Of a DNA stretch of 64,000 bases, positions 17,426-27,263 are shown piece by piece. The stretch is from Acidimicrobiia bacterium. Its GTDB lineage: Bacteria > Actinomycetota > Acidimicrobiia > IMCC26256 > JAGNEX01. Numbering within the stretch: the first letter of the stretch is position 1; the number at the start of each line of letters is the position of its first letter. The translations under genes were made by a program, and so were the position numbers. The stretch covers positions 651-64,650 of the forward strand of contig JAGNEX010000004.1 of the NCBI GenBank assembly GCA_018003035.1. Reading direction: 5' to 3'. A model generated the notes under the pieces. It worked only from the letters and a program-made list of their open reading frames with translations. It did no database searches and was not told the DNA's origin.

Positions 17426-19776
17426 ATCCCAGGCGGTTAGGCGCGCAACTCGCCTTGGCTCTGGCCTGCGTCTTCGCAGCGTTGAGCTGGGGACGAGTCT
17501 TCGCCGACTGGACCTTTGCCGGCCCCGCGGTCGCGGGTCTCGCCGGCCCTGTATTGATCGGCACCCTCTGCACTGCTGCTGGCTGGCGTTGGTGGGTGCG
17601 GCTGCCCCTCCAGTTCGGATTGTTCTTTGTGTTGATGGCTGCCGCTGCGGGCGCTGGCAACAGCATCGGCGGAGTACTTCCAAACGGTGCGACGTTCGAC
17701 ATGATCCGCCAGGCGCTGCAGGACACCGGGACGATTGTCCGGGAGTCCGTTCCTCCGGTAGAGGTCACGCCGACCATTTCGATCCTCGTCACCCTGTTCA
17801 TGTGGCTCGGGGGTATGGCCACTGACGCCATCTCGACGCGACCCCATCAGCTACTGGCTGCGCTCATCCCTGATGCAGCGATTGTCTGTATCGCAACGCT
17901 GTTCGCTCCGGAGAACCACGAGTTCCGTACGGTGATCGCTTCGGGGTTTTTGTTCTTCGCGATTTTGCATTCTCTGTTGTTGCTGCTCGATATGCGGTCC
18001 CGCCAGCGTTCTCGGAACGGTGATGGCATCAAATGGCGCCGAGCGAGCGAAGTCGCCCAGACCAACAAGGTGGCCGCGAGTCCACCGCCGTCGAGGGACT
18101 CACTCCAGCGGACCCTCATTCGCGGGCTTCCTATCGTTGCGTTGGCCGCAATCCTCGCTCCGATCGTCGGCGCTCACCTTCCCGGGGCCGAGGCACCTGC
18201 GCTGTTACCGGTTGTTGGTTCGACCGAGCAACAAGAGCCGCGTACCGTCCCATCACCTCTGATCGACATGCAGCCGCAGCTCCAGATCGATCCGCCAGTC
18301 GAGGTGTTCACCGTCAAATCTTCGCAGCCGGGCGGCGCGTACTGGCGTCTGACCAGCCTTGAGAGCTTCGATGGCCGTCAGTGGTCACATAACGCGAGTT
18401 ATGAGTCGGTCGACGGCGAGTTGAACTTCGGGGTCGGGGCGGACGTGCCGACCGAAGGTATCGACCAGACCTTTAACATCACCAACCTCGATCGGTTCTG
18501 GGCCGACAGCGACACTCAGCGTTTCTGGTTACCCGCCGCCTATGCGCCCACCAAGTTCGATGTGGGCGACATCCGCGCCGACTCCGCATCGGGCAGCGTC
18601 ATCACCAAAGAGGCGACCGCAACGGGACTGAGCTACTCGGTGCACAGCGAGGAGCCCGTGCCGACCGAAGCTCAGCTCAAAGCCGCAACGGGAGCTCCGC
18701 CCAAATCGGTAGCCCCCTATCTGGAGCTCCCCGAGCTCCCCGAACGGATCGGCGCCTTGGCGACTCAGATCACCGCGGGCGCCGTCACGCCCTATGACAA
18801 GGCAAAGGCGATCGAGACCTATCTGCTCGGCTTCACCTACAACGAAGCCGTCACAATGAACCACTCCACGTCGTACCTCGAGCAGTTCTTGTTCGAGATC
18901 CAAGAGGGCTACTGCGAGCAGTTCGCCGCCTCGTATGCCGTGCTCGGGCGTTCGTTGGGGCTCCCCACGCGAGTGGCCGTCGGTTTCACACCGGGCACCT
19001 ACGATGCCGCAACCCAAACTTTTAGGGTGACCACGGACAACGCGCATGCTTGGCCCGAGGTCTATTTCGAAGGAATTGGCTGGATCAAGTTTGAGCCGAC
19101 GCCGCGGACCGATGAAGGCGGTCCGAACGGTAACGCTGACCCACCGCCTCCCGAAGACGAACAAACAGCTCCGTCGACGACGACGACCGTTCCGCCTCAA
19201 GAGGCAGAGACACCACCGCCCCCACCGCCGCCCCCGGACAACGTGCCTAGCACAACCACTACGACCAGCGCGGAGAACGAGGTCACTCCACCGCCTCCCG
19301 ATGAGCCTGAGTCGCCGCCGCCTTCCAGTCGTAACTGGACCCCATTCCTGGTGGTCCTCGCGACGGCCGGCCTGGTTGCCGCCTATGTCTTTGGCATCCC
19401 GGCGTTGAAGAAGCGCCGCCGCGATCAACGCCTCAACGCGCCAGATATGCGGGATCGTGTTTCTGGAGCTTGGGACGAGGTGAGCGATCGACTGCTCGAG
19501 CGCAGCATCACCCGGCCAAAGACGTTGACGAACACCGAGTTCGCTGGTGCGCTCGAAGGTCAATATGGTCCGGCCTTCGCCGATGATTTGACTGCTTTGG
19601 GCGCCCAACAGTCCGCCGCATCTTTTGCGCCAAGCGACCCGTCGTCGGACCAGGCGAGTATGGCCTGGGGCGCTGCTGATCGCATCGCGAACGAACTCGA
19701 AAGCGGCCTGTCCGCGCCTAAGCGCTGGCTCTACCGCCTGGACCCACGGCCGCTGCTGGCCCGTGGAGGCCACTAG
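17422..19776 (+). CDS. Membrane transglutaminase-like protein (TgpA-like): polytopic N-terminus, TGase core, Pro-rich linker, TM helix, C-terminal cytoplasmic domain
   Basis: 784 aa. TGase core EGYCEQFAASYAVLGRSLGLPTRVAVGF ... NAHAWPEVYFEGIGWIKFEPTP (Cys-His-acidic triad). PPPPPPPPD linker, then TM helix WTPFLVVLATAGLVAAYVFGI. ATGA overlap with the DUF58 gene. Confidence 0.85.
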   Translation: MNPRRLGAQLALALACVFAALSWGRVFADWTFAGPAVAGLAGPVLIGTLCTAAGWRWWVRLPLQFGLFFVLMAAAAGAGNSIGGVLPNGATFDMIRQALQDTGTIVRESVPPVEVTPTISILVTLFMWLGGMATDAISTRPHQLLAALIPDAAIVCIATLFAPENHEFRTVIASGFLFFAILHSLLLLLDMRSRQRSRNGDGIKWRRASEVAQTNKVAASPPPSRDSLQRTLIRGLPIVALAAILAPIVGAHLPGAEAPALLPVVGSTEQQEPRTVPSPLIDMQPQLQIDPPVEVFTVKSSQPGGAYWRLTSLESFDGRQWSHNASYESVDGELNFGVGADVPTEGIDQTFNITNLDRFWADSDTQRFWLPAAYAPTKFDVGDIRADSASGSVITKEATATGLSYSVHSEEPVPTEAQLKAATGAPPKSVAPYLELPELPERIGALATQITAGAVTPYDKAKAIETYLLGFTYNEAVTMNHSTSYLEQFLFEIQEGYCEQFAASYAVLGRSLGLPTRVAVGFTPGTYDAATQTFRVTTDNAHAWPEVYFEGIGWIKFEPTPRTDEGGPNGNADPPPPEDEQTAPSTTTTVPPQEAETPPPPPPPPDNVPSTTTTTSAENEVTPPPPDEPESPPPSSRNWTPFLVVLATAGLVAAYVFGIPALKKRRRDQRLNAPDMRDRVSGAWDEVSDRLLERSITRPKTLTNTEFAGALEGQYGPAFADDLTALGAQQSAASFAPSDPSSDQASMAWGAADRIANELESGLSAPKRWLYRLDPRPLLARGGH

Positions 19777-19803
19777 TCACACGCCCAAGATGATCATTTC
19801 GTT

Positions 19804-19835
19804 TGGCATCCGCCGATTCTGGACCGCGGATGCCA
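19804..19835 (+). terminator. Stem-loop 28 nt after the transglutaminase gene (possible U-tract-less terminator)
   Basis: tggcatccgc (19804-19813) pairs with gcggatgcca (19826-19835): 10-bp stem, 12-nt loop. No T-run follows. Confidence 0.3.
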
Positions 19836-20277
19836 TACGGAAGATGGACCCCGATCCATGAGCGTGGGCCCGCCGTCGTCTATCGCTGGTTGTCGGCAAA
19901 CGTGTTGGTCGACTGTTCGCTGCAAGACGGGCGTCCGCCGGTTGCCTTCGACAGCAGGCCACCGAGACAGTACGCGTGTGCCCCCGCTCGAGGGGGTTCT
20001 GATCGCGACCCTCTCAGGCTCGGGCCCTGCTTCGGCAAAAGAACTTCAAATGCCTCGGCGACCGTCCAAGGCCACGCTGGGAGCAAACGACATTTCGCCG
20101 GAGCCTTGCCGTGCGCCTGCGTTCGCAGAGAACATCCGTGGCCGCGCACAGGCCGCGACATGACACGTGACATTGCAATCCGTCGGTTCCAGGCTCGATC
20201 GAGCTGTCAGAAACGACCCAGGCGACGGAAGGACCCGGAACCCCACCTTTTCGGACAAAGGGTTTGGGGGGAAGCGA

Positions 20278-20694
20278 TTAGGAGTCTTGGGGACCCCCGG
20301 GGCGACGGCGGGGACCCTGCCCACTGCCCCCGTTGCCTGGGAACTGGCGTGGGTCGTGCGTCCGCTGGCGCCAATAGTCGCGCATGTTCTGAAGCGGAAC
20401 GACTTCGCTGATCGAGTTAAGTCCCGCCTTTGACAGGCTGCGCGCGTAGAACTCGATGCGAAATGCGGCGCCGAGCATCACCAGGAAGCCCAAAAAGCCC
20501 AGCCAAATGCTGGTCGTGAAGGTGAAGAGGAGGAACAGAAAGCCGAGAACGAACACCATGGCAGAGCGACGAATGTTGCGTGCGGCGTCGCGGTAGATCG
20601 ACTCTTCGGCCTTCTCCGCAAGCGACGGGTCGCTCGTCGTCAGCTGCTCTTCTATTGCAGCAAGGATGCGTTGTTCGTCTTCGGAGAGTGGCAT
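20278..20694 (-). CDS. DUF3040-family membrane protein
   Basis: Start at ATG 20694 gives MPLSEDEQRILAAIEEQLTTSDPSL, the typical DUF3040 N-terminus. Two TM helices follow. The family is classically linked to actinobacterial dcw regions. Confidence 0.8.
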   Translation of the reverse strand: MPLSEDEQRILAAIEEQLTTSDPSLAEKAEESIYRDAARNIRRSAMVFVLGFLFLLFTFTTSIWLGFLGFLVMLGAAFRIEFYARSLSKAGLNSISEVVPLQNMRDYWRQRTHDPRQFPGNGGSGQGPRRRPGGPQDS

Positions 20695-20843
20695 TGGTGT
20701 CCCTGCGGGCAAGTGAAATTTCCACACAAACGACTGCGAAAGGCCAGCGCCCGGACGGTTCGACGACCGGCGGACTCAGTTGCGTCTTGGCATTCTCTCA
20801 CTGTGGTGCGGCCACGAACAACGCAACTAAGAACAAAATCGCT

Positions 20844-21350
20844 TCAGGGGTGCACTTGGCGGATGCTGTGCGGGCCGGGGCGACGCCCGGTCAGGTGAAA
20901 CCCGTGATGCTGTTGGCCGGCTTCTCTGGTCTCTGTCCAGTTGGTGAGCGGGCCCCGCACCCAAGGGGGCGCGGTGCGCACATAGTCCGGTATCTCGGCG
21001 AGAGGCACCCAACGCGCTTCGACCACGATCCCGTCTGGGTCCTCGATGTTGATATCGCCTCGTACTGCGTCAGCGACGTAGACCTGGCAATGCATCTCCC
21101 AGCCCATATCCAGTGCGGCGACCTCGACGGTGTACGCCGGCCCCGTCCAGGCCGAAACCTCTAACCCGGTCTCTTCAAAGACTTCGCGGGTCAGGCCGGT
21201 TTCTGTTGACGGGTCATCGTCATCGATGACGCCGCCCGGTGGCGTCCAATCGACTCGCCCATCTTTGCGAACGTTCTTGACCAGCAGAAGCTTGCCGTTC
21301 TGTTCGATCAGGCCGCCAGCGACCAACCATCGGCGCAGCTCCTTAGTCAT
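20844..21350 (-). CDS. Nudix hydrolase
   Basis: 168 aa. Nudix box GGVIDDDDPSTETGLTREVFEETGLEV (GX5EX7REUXEEXGU). Confidence 0.85.
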   Translation of the reverse strand: MTKELRRWLVAGGLIEQNGKLLLVKNVRKDGRVDWTPPGGVIDDDDPSTETGLTREVFEETGLEVSAWTGPAYTVEVAALDMGWEMHCQVYVADAVRGDINIEDPDGIVVEARWVPLAEIPDYVRTAPPWVRGPLTNWTETREAGQQHHGFHLTGRRPGPHSIRQVHP

Positions 21351-22119
21351 CTCGTAGCCTCCTGCGCGTGAACCTCCGCTTGACGCCCCACCATGTCACG
21401 AGTCCGAGCGCTTCTACAACGATTCTTGATGACATCTTCGACTTGCCGCGGGTTCGGTCGACGAACGCAATGGGCACTTCGCGGATTCGCGCGCCGCGAT
21501 CTGTCGCCCGCATGGCCATCTCGATCTGAAATCCGTACCCGTCGGCGCGCACCGCGTCGCGATCCATCCTGGCGATCAAAGGTGCCGCGTATGCACGGAA
21601 ACCTGCCGTCGCGTCTTTGATGTTGAGGCCCAACATCGCAGCGGAGTAGCGATTACCAAAACGTGACAGCGCGAGTCTGTGCCACGACCATGTCGGGATT
21701 GTCCCGCCCGGAACGTACCGCGAGCCGATTACCAGATCCGCGCCGGCTTCGATCTGTTCGATAAACCGAGGAATCACCGCAGGGTCGTGAGAGCCATCGG
21801 CATCCATCTGGATCAGGACATCGAACCCGTGGTCCAGTCCCCACTGATAGCCAGCCAAGTAGGCCGGGCCGAGACCTTCTTTAACCGAGCGATGCAGCAC
21901 CGAAACGTCGAGGCGCTCGCGGTTGGCGTCAGCCCAGGTTTCGGCAAGCATCGCCGTGCCGTCAGGACTGTTGTCATCAAGCACCAAAACAGAGACGCCG
22001 GGGGCCTCTTGCGCGACGCGCTCCAAGAGCACCTCGATGTTGGCAGCTTCGTTGTATGTCGGAACCATTACTAGGGTCTTACGCACGCCGAAGATGCTAG
22101 GCGGCCGCCGGGCATGCAT
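21343..22119 (-). CDS. ppm1: Polyprenol-phosphate mannose synthase (Ppm1/DPM1-like GT2)
   Basis: VMVPTYNEAANI, VLDDNSPDGT and QMDADGSHDP (DxD) are typical of GT2 Dpm1/Ppm1. Start placed at ATG 22119; the longer track ORF would overlap the divergent gene. Confidence 0.85.
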   Translation of the reverse strand: MHARRPPSIFGVRKTLVMVPTYNEAANIEVLLERVAQEAPGVSVLVLDDNSPDGTAMLAETWADANRERLDVSVLHRSVKEGLGPAYLAGYQWGLDHGFDVLIQMDADGSHDPAVIPRFIEQIEAGADLVIGSRYVPGGTIPTWSWHRLALSRFGNRYSAAMLGLNIKDATAGFRAYAAPLIARMDRDAVRADGYGFQIEMAMRATDRGARIREVPIAFVDRTRGKSKMSSRIVVEALGLVTWWGVKRRFTRRRLRDD

Positions 22120-22180
22120 TCGGGTCGGATCTCCACGCCGACAACGTTTCGTCACCAGGTAGCTCGCTACGCTTGCACCC

Positions 22181-22558
22181 ATGGAGACCCAAGCAGAGTT
22201 GCTGATCCCGCAGGGCCCCGAGCACCCTCGCTGGGCGTTTGTGACGGCCTTTAACGGCATCGTCGCCGGCGGGCTGCTGGGCGGGGTCATCGGCTACGGG
22301 CTAGTCAACGTCCAATGTGACGGCGATTGCGGCGCCGCGCTGGCCATAGCCGTCGTGGTTGGGTCGGTGTTGGGAGCGGCAGGTTTGTCGGTCGTTGCAG
22401 CAATCGGGCTGCGAGCTATGGCCGAATGGTCAACCGTCCAAGACCGGGCGCTGCCCCAGCAACAGCCTCTACCCGCGGTCACGTCCTCGCCCGCCAGTCC
22501 CAAGACGGCCTCCGAACCGTCCCAAGCCGAGATTTCACCATCGACCGAAGCTGACTGA
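22181..22558 (+). CDS. Small hypothetical membrane protein (2 TM helices, Pro/Ser-rich tail)
   Basis: 125 aa. Hydrophobic segments FVTAFNGIVAGGLLGGVIGYGLV and ALAIAVVVGSVLGAAGLSVVAAIGL. Divergent from ppm1. No family recognised. Confidence 0.45.
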   Translation: METQAELLIPQGPEHPRWAFVTAFNGIVAGGLLGGVIGYGLVNVQCDGDCGAALAIAVVVGSVLGAAGLSVVAAIGLRAMAEWSTVQDRALPQQQPLPAVTSSPASPKTASEPSQAEISPSTEAD

Positions 22559-22663
22559 CAACGCCACTTCTCGGCGGACCCCTCACGTCCTCAATCGGCG
22601 ACAAGCAACGACGCTGCCGAGCAACAGCGAACTTGTCGGCCCACTGCAGGTGCCGCACCCTGG

Positions 22664-23518
22664 CTACTTCCGGAGCGGCCGTATGAGTCCCTCCTGGGTG
22701 ACCGTTGTCACGAGCCGACCGTCGGCTGAATAGATGTAGCCCTGCGACAGGCCACGCGCTCCCCCCGCAAAAGGGCTGTACTGGTCGTACAGCATCCATT
22801 GCGAAGCGTCGATGTCGTTGTGGAACCACATCGCGTGGTCGAGACTTGCAACTTGGAATCGCGGTTCAAACCACGAGTGTGCGTGAGGGCCCATCGAAAT
22901 ATCAAGCAGGGTCATATCCGAGACGTAGGTCACCAAGCAGCGCTGCAACATCTGGTCAGAAGGCGGCGTTCCATTCGTCCGGAACCAGACTTGCTGGGAC
23001 GGAGGACCGATCTCGCCGGTCATGCCGCTTGGCATCGTGACGTAACGGAGTTCGATGGGGCGCTCGGTCCGGATCCACGATTTGAGCAGCTGAGCCTTGT
23101 CACCCAGACGCTCTTCCGTCGTAGGGAGGTCTTCGGGACGTGGCACCTCGGGCATCGGCCGGAAATGCTCGACCCCCTCTTCGACAACCTGAAACGACGC
23201 CTGCATGTGGAAGATGGGCCGTCCATGCTGGATCGCGTCGACACGGCGAGTCGTAAATGACTGACCGTCCCGGAGCCGATGAACTTCGTAGATGATCGGA
23301 ACCGACGTATCACCTGGCCGAAGGAAATATGCGTGAAGGCTGTGCGCAGGCCGGGCCACGCTGTCGAGGGTCCGGCCCGCTGCGACAAGCGCCTGGCCTG
23401 CGACCTGTCCCCCAAACACCCGCTGTTGAGTGACATCGGGACTCCGGCCCCGGAACAGGTTTTCCTCAAGGGTTTCCAGATCGAGAATCGCAATAAGACC
23501 GTCTAAGGCGCCTGACAT
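22664..23518 (-). CDS. tesB: Acyl-CoA thioesterase II (double hot-dog)
   Basis: Start at ATG 23518 gives MSGALDGLIAILDLETLEENLFRGRS...VFGGQVAGQAL, the typical TesB N-terminus. 284 aa. Confidence 0.88.
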   Translation of the reverse strand: MSGALDGLIAILDLETLEENLFRGRSPDVTQQRVFGGQVAGQALVAAGRTLDSVARPAHSLHAYFLRPGDTSVPIIYEVHRLRDGQSFTTRRVDAIQHGRPIFHMQASFQVVEEGVEHFRPMPEVPRPEDLPTTEERLGDKAQLLKSWIRTERPIELRYVTMPSGMTGEIGPPSQQVWFRTNGTPPSDQMLQRCLVTYVSDMTLLDISMGPHAHSWFEPRFQVASLDHAMWFHNDIDASQWMLYDQYSPFAGGARGLSQGYIYSADGRLVTTVTQEGLIRPLRK

Positions 23519-23592
23519 GCCATCAACCCTTCCCAGAAGACGAACAGCATGAGTTTCTAGAACATTCTCAGCGGGGAGTGCAGTTTTGAAAG

Positions 23593-24258
23593 TTGGCGTT
23601 GAACAACAATCATGTGTTGGTGACCTTCTACGTACCGAGGCGCCAAACTTACGACCTGGGAACCCTAGATGAGTCGGCTGCGCCCCGAGACCCGATGGAG
23701 CTCTTTGACGCCTGGTTTGCTGATGCCCTCGAAACCGAGGCGGGCGAGGCCGCGGCAATGGTGTTGTCGACGGTCGATGCGACCGGACGGCCCGATGGTC
23801 GGGTGGTGCTGATCAGGGCAACCGACCAAGCGCGCTTGGGGTTTTTTACCAACTACCGAAGCGCTAAAGCGTCTCAACTGCTGGACAGCCCCTGGGGGGC
23901 CGGGACGTTTTATTGGCCGGCGAGACAGCGCCAGGTACGGGTGCGCGGCAGCGTCGAGCCGATGAGCGCCGAGCGGTCTGATGAGTACTTTGCGAGCCGC
24001 CCGAGAGGCAGCCAACTGTCGGCATGGGCATCAGAGCAATCGACCATCATCAAAGACCGAACACAGCTGAGTAGTCGCATGGCCGCCGCCGAAGATGACT
24101 TTCGCGGCCGAGACGTACAGCGCCCGCCCCACTGGGGCGGCTACTGGCTGGCGTGTGATCAGATCGAGTTCTGGCAAGGCCGAACGGACCGTCTTCACGA
24201 CCGACTACGGTTCAACCGCCAACAAAACGGGTGGTCTATGGACCGCCTGTCGCCGTGA
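23593..24258 (+). CDS. pdxH: Pyridoxamine 5'-phosphate oxidase
   Basis: C-terminal IEFWQGRTDRLHDRLRF...WSMDRLSP signature and the FMN-binding split-barrel pattern. The exact start (TTG 23593 or the GTG/TTG within the next 30 nt) is uncertain. Confidence 0.88.
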   Translation: MALNNNHVLVTFYVPRRQTYDLGTLDESAAPRDPMELFDAWFADALETEAGEAAAMVLSTVDATGRPDGRVVLIRATDQARLGFFTNYRSAKASQLLDSPWGAGTFYWPARQRQVRVRGSVEPMSAERSDEYFASRPRGSQLSAWASEQSTIIKDRTQLSSRMAAAEDDFRGRDVQRPPHWGGYWLACDQIEFWQGRTDRLHDRLRFNRQQNGWSMDRLSP

Positions 24259-24334
24259 GTAGCGAACTGACCGAGCATCAGGCGCCTACCAGCCACGGAC
24301 GTCACCAACGTCCACGCCCTGTACTTCAACCAAG

Positions 24335-25900
24335 ATGAGGAGCAGCCGCAGCATGAGCCCCGAAACGACAACGTCAGCGCCAATTTCGGCCGACCCTGCG
24401 ACTCCGGAAGATTTGCCGATCGTCCTCTCGATCGACGCGGGAACAACCGGCGTCCGGACACTGGCGATCGACGCGAATGGAACCAAACAGGGATGGTCGT
24501 ACCGGGAGTTCCCCCAGTATTTCCCCGAGCCGGGCTGGGTTGAACACGACGCCCTGGAAATCTGGGATGCCGTCGCAGCGACCCTCGCCGACGTCGTCGA
24601 ACAGATCGGTGATGCACACCGAATTGCGGCAATCGGTATTACCAACCAGAGAGAGACCACCATCGTGTGGGACGCCCACACCGGTCAACCACTCCACCGG
24701 GCCCTCGTCTGGCAGGACCGACGAACCGCCGCTCGCTGCGACGAACTGAAGGCCGGGGGTGTCGAACCGTTGGTCCGGGCGAAAACCGGCCTGGTCCTAG
24801 ACCCCTACTTTTCTGCCACAAAACTCGAATGGCTGTTCACCAAGGGCGGTGTCGCCGCCGATCAGAACACGCTTTTTGGCACGGTCGATTCGTGGATTCT
24901 GTGGAAGCTCACCGGCGGCATCGACGGCGGAGTTCATGGGACGGATCCGTCCAACGCAAGCCGGACGCTGCTGTACAACATCGGCGAACGACGCTGGGAC
25001 GATGAGCTGTGCGAACTCTTTTCGGTGCCTCCCACCTGCCTCCCACAGGTGATGGCCTCCTCTGGTCGATTCGGCATCACGAACCCCAACTCAGCAGCCG
25101 GACTGGCGGTTCCGGTCTCGGGTATTGCAGGCGACCAGCAGGCGTCGCTCTTCGGACAGGCGTGCTTCGCTCCGGGCGCGACAAAGAACACTTACGGAAC
25201 TGGGTCGTTTGTGTTGATGAACGTTGGAACGTCGGTCCCTCGCATCGTGGACGGCATTCTGACGACAGTCGCCTGGCAGATTGGCGACGAAGTGACCTAC
25301 GCAGCGGAAGGCGCGATTTTCGTGACCGGCGCGGCGATCAAATGGCTTCGTGACGGCCTCGGACTGATCGAGGCTGCCGCAGACACCGGTCCCCTTGCGG
25401 CATCCGTTCCCGACACTGGCGGCGTGTATCTGGTCCCGGCGTTTGCCGGGCTCGGTTCCCCTTACTGGGACCCGTACGCGCGAGGCACGATCGTCGGGCT
25501 GACCCTCGGGACCACGGCGGCCCACATGGCCCGAGCGGTCGTCGAGGCGATGGCGTACCAAACCAAAGACGTCATCGACGCCATGACCTCGGCTGCGGGC
25601 ACGTCGGTCGAGTTGTTGCATGTCGACGGTGGCGCAAGCGTCATGGACCTGCTGTGCCAATTCCAGGCGGACCTACTGGGAGTCGAGGTGAGACGGCCGG
25701 TCGTCCAGGAGACCACCGCCATGGGCGCCGCCTACCTTGCTGGATTGGCCGAGGGCGTGTGGGCATCGCTCGATGACATCACCGACGCGTGGCAACTCGA
25801 CCGTTCGTTCGAGCCGGAAGCGTCGAGGGACGCGTCGTCGAGCGGGTACGAGGGATGGCTGCGAGCGGTCGAACGGTCTCGGGGCTGGAGCACCACCTAG
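24335..25900 (+). CDS. glpK: Glycerol kinase
   Basis: 521 aa. Motifs SIDAGTTGVR, GITNQRETT and GDQQASLFGQ, FGGY family. The start may be ATG 24353. Confidence 0.93.
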   Translation: MRSSRSMSPETTTSAPISADPATPEDLPIVLSIDAGTTGVRTLAIDANGTKQGWSYREFPQYFPEPGWVEHDALEIWDAVAATLADVVEQIGDAHRIAAIGITNQRETTIVWDAHTGQPLHRALVWQDRRTAARCDELKAGGVEPLVRAKTGLVLDPYFSATKLEWLFTKGGVAADQNTLFGTVDSWILWKLTGGIDGGVHGTDPSNASRTLLYNIGERRWDDELCELFSVPPTCLPQVMASSGRFGITNPNSAAGLAVPVSGIAGDQQASLFGQACFAPGATKNTYGTGSFVLMNVGTSVPRIVDGILTTVAWQIGDEVTYAAEGAIFVTGAAIKWLRDGLGLIEAAADTGPLAASVPDTGGVYLVPAFAGLGSPYWDPYARGTIVGLTLGTTAAHMARAVVEAMAYQTKDVIDAMTSAAGTSVELLHVDGGASVMDLLCQFQADLLGVEVRRPVVQETTAMGAAYLAGLAEGVWASLDDITDAWQLDRSFEPEASRDASSSGYEGWLRAVERSRGWSTT

Positions 25901-25964
25901 CGCTGACTCTCCTTCAGGAGCGCAGCGGCCTATTCGGCTTTGGCGTGTTCAGCACGCTAAAGCC

Positions 25965-27137
25965 TTAGGCGGAGTGGAGGACCTTTTTGATGCCGCGGAT
26001 CGCTTGATTGATGCGCTGTTCGTTCTCGACGAGCGCAAAGCGAACGAACCCTTCGCCACCGGGACCAAAACCGACCCCTGGCGACACTGCGACGTTTGCT
26101 TCTTCGACGAGGCGCACGGCGAATTCGAGGCTTCCAAGCGACCGGAACTCTTCAGGAATCTGAGCCCAGACAAACATCGTCGCTTCAGGCGGTTTGACAT
26201 CCCACCCAATGCGCTGCAGGCCTTGTATGAGGGTGTTGCGGCGCCCCAGGTAGATGTCGTTGACCGTTGCGGGGAACTCGTCCGCTTCGTTCAACGTGAC
26301 GGTCGCTGCTATCTGGATCGGCTGGAAGGTCCCGTAATCGAGGTAGGACTTGAGCTTGGCGAGCGCCGCGACGACTTCGGCGTTGCCCAGCAAGAACCCA
26401 AGCCGCCAACCGGCCATCGAATAACTCTTGGTCATGGTGTAGAGCTCGACAGCGACATCCTTGGCCCCAGGAACCTGGAGAATCGACGGCGGCACATACC
26501 CGTCGAACGCCGTATCGGAATACGCGAAGTCGTGAACGATTAAGACATCCCGTTCCCGAGCAAAGTCCACGACCTTGGACATGAAGTCGAGGTCTACAAC
26601 CGTGGTCGTCGGATTGTGCGGAAACGACATGATGATCACGCGCGGTCGAGGCCAAGCGCGGTCCCAGGCATTGCGCAGATTCTCGAAAAAATCCTCTTCG
26701 GGACCCAGCAGAACCTGACGAATGTCGGCACCGGCCAACACCGGGGCGTAGATGTGGATCGGATACGACGGGCTGGGGACCAACGCGATGTCGCCGGGCT
26801 GCACCAAGGTCCACATCAGGTGGCTGAGACCCTCTTTGGCGCCGATCGTCGAAATCGCTTCGGTCTCTGGGTCGAGCGACACCTGGTAGCGCCGCTCGTA
26901 CAGACCGCAAATAGCACGGCGAAGGCCGGGGATGCCGCGGGACGCCGAATAGCGGTGGTTACGTGAGTTCTGCGCTGCTTCACACAGCTTCGCGACAGCC
27001 AGATCGGGTGATGCGATATCCGGGTTACCAAAGCCCAGGTCGATGACATCTTCGCCACGGCGACGCGCTGCCAACTTGAGAGCGTCGATCTGTGCGAAAA
27101 CGTACGGTGGCAACACGTTGATGCGGCGAAAATCCAT
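25965..27137 (-). CDS. PLP-dependent class I aminotransferase (AlaA/AspC-like)
   Basis: 390 aa. PLP-lysine region [14 protein letters not shown], plus SFPHNPTT and an N-terminal YVF...L segment. Confidence 0.9.
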   Translation of the reverse strand: MDFRRINVLPPYVFAQIDALKLAARRRGEDVIDLGFGNPDIASPDLAVAKLCEAAQNSRNHRYSASRGIPGLRRAICGLYERRYQVSLDPETEAISTIGAKEGLSHLMWTLVQPGDIALVPSPSYPIHIYAPVLAGADIRQVLLGPEEDFFENLRNAWDRAWPRPRVIIMSFPHNPTTTVVDLDFMSKVVDFARERDVLIVHDFAYSDTAFDGYVPPSILQVPGAKDVAVELYTMTKSYSMAGWRLGFLLGNAEVVAALAKLKSYLDYGTFQPIQIAATVTLNEADEFPATVNDIYLGRRNTLIQGLQRIGWDVKPPEATMFVWAQIPEEFRSLGSLEFAVRLVEEANVAVSPGVGFGPGGEGFVRFALVENEQRINQAIRGIKKVLHSA

Positions 27138-27263
27138 CGGCAGAAATTACCAGGGCGCGACCGCGCAACTACGGCTCTGGCACTGTCAGGTCCCTACCCT
27201 GTGCCCTAGCTCCGTGGACAGGCCGATAGCGCCCCGGCGACGCGCCGAGCAGGCATCGATCCT

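Noticed and set aside
18529-19773. 414-aa minus-strand ORF antisense to the transglutaminase gene
   Set aside because: The composition is Arg-rich (runs such as RRRRLRLIGRRW). The opposite strand carries a clear TGase core and TM helices.
23555-23562. TTCTAGAA palindrome in the tesB/pdxH divergent spacer
   Set aside because: An 8-bp palindrome alone is too short to distinguish from chance, and no extended symmetry surrounds it.
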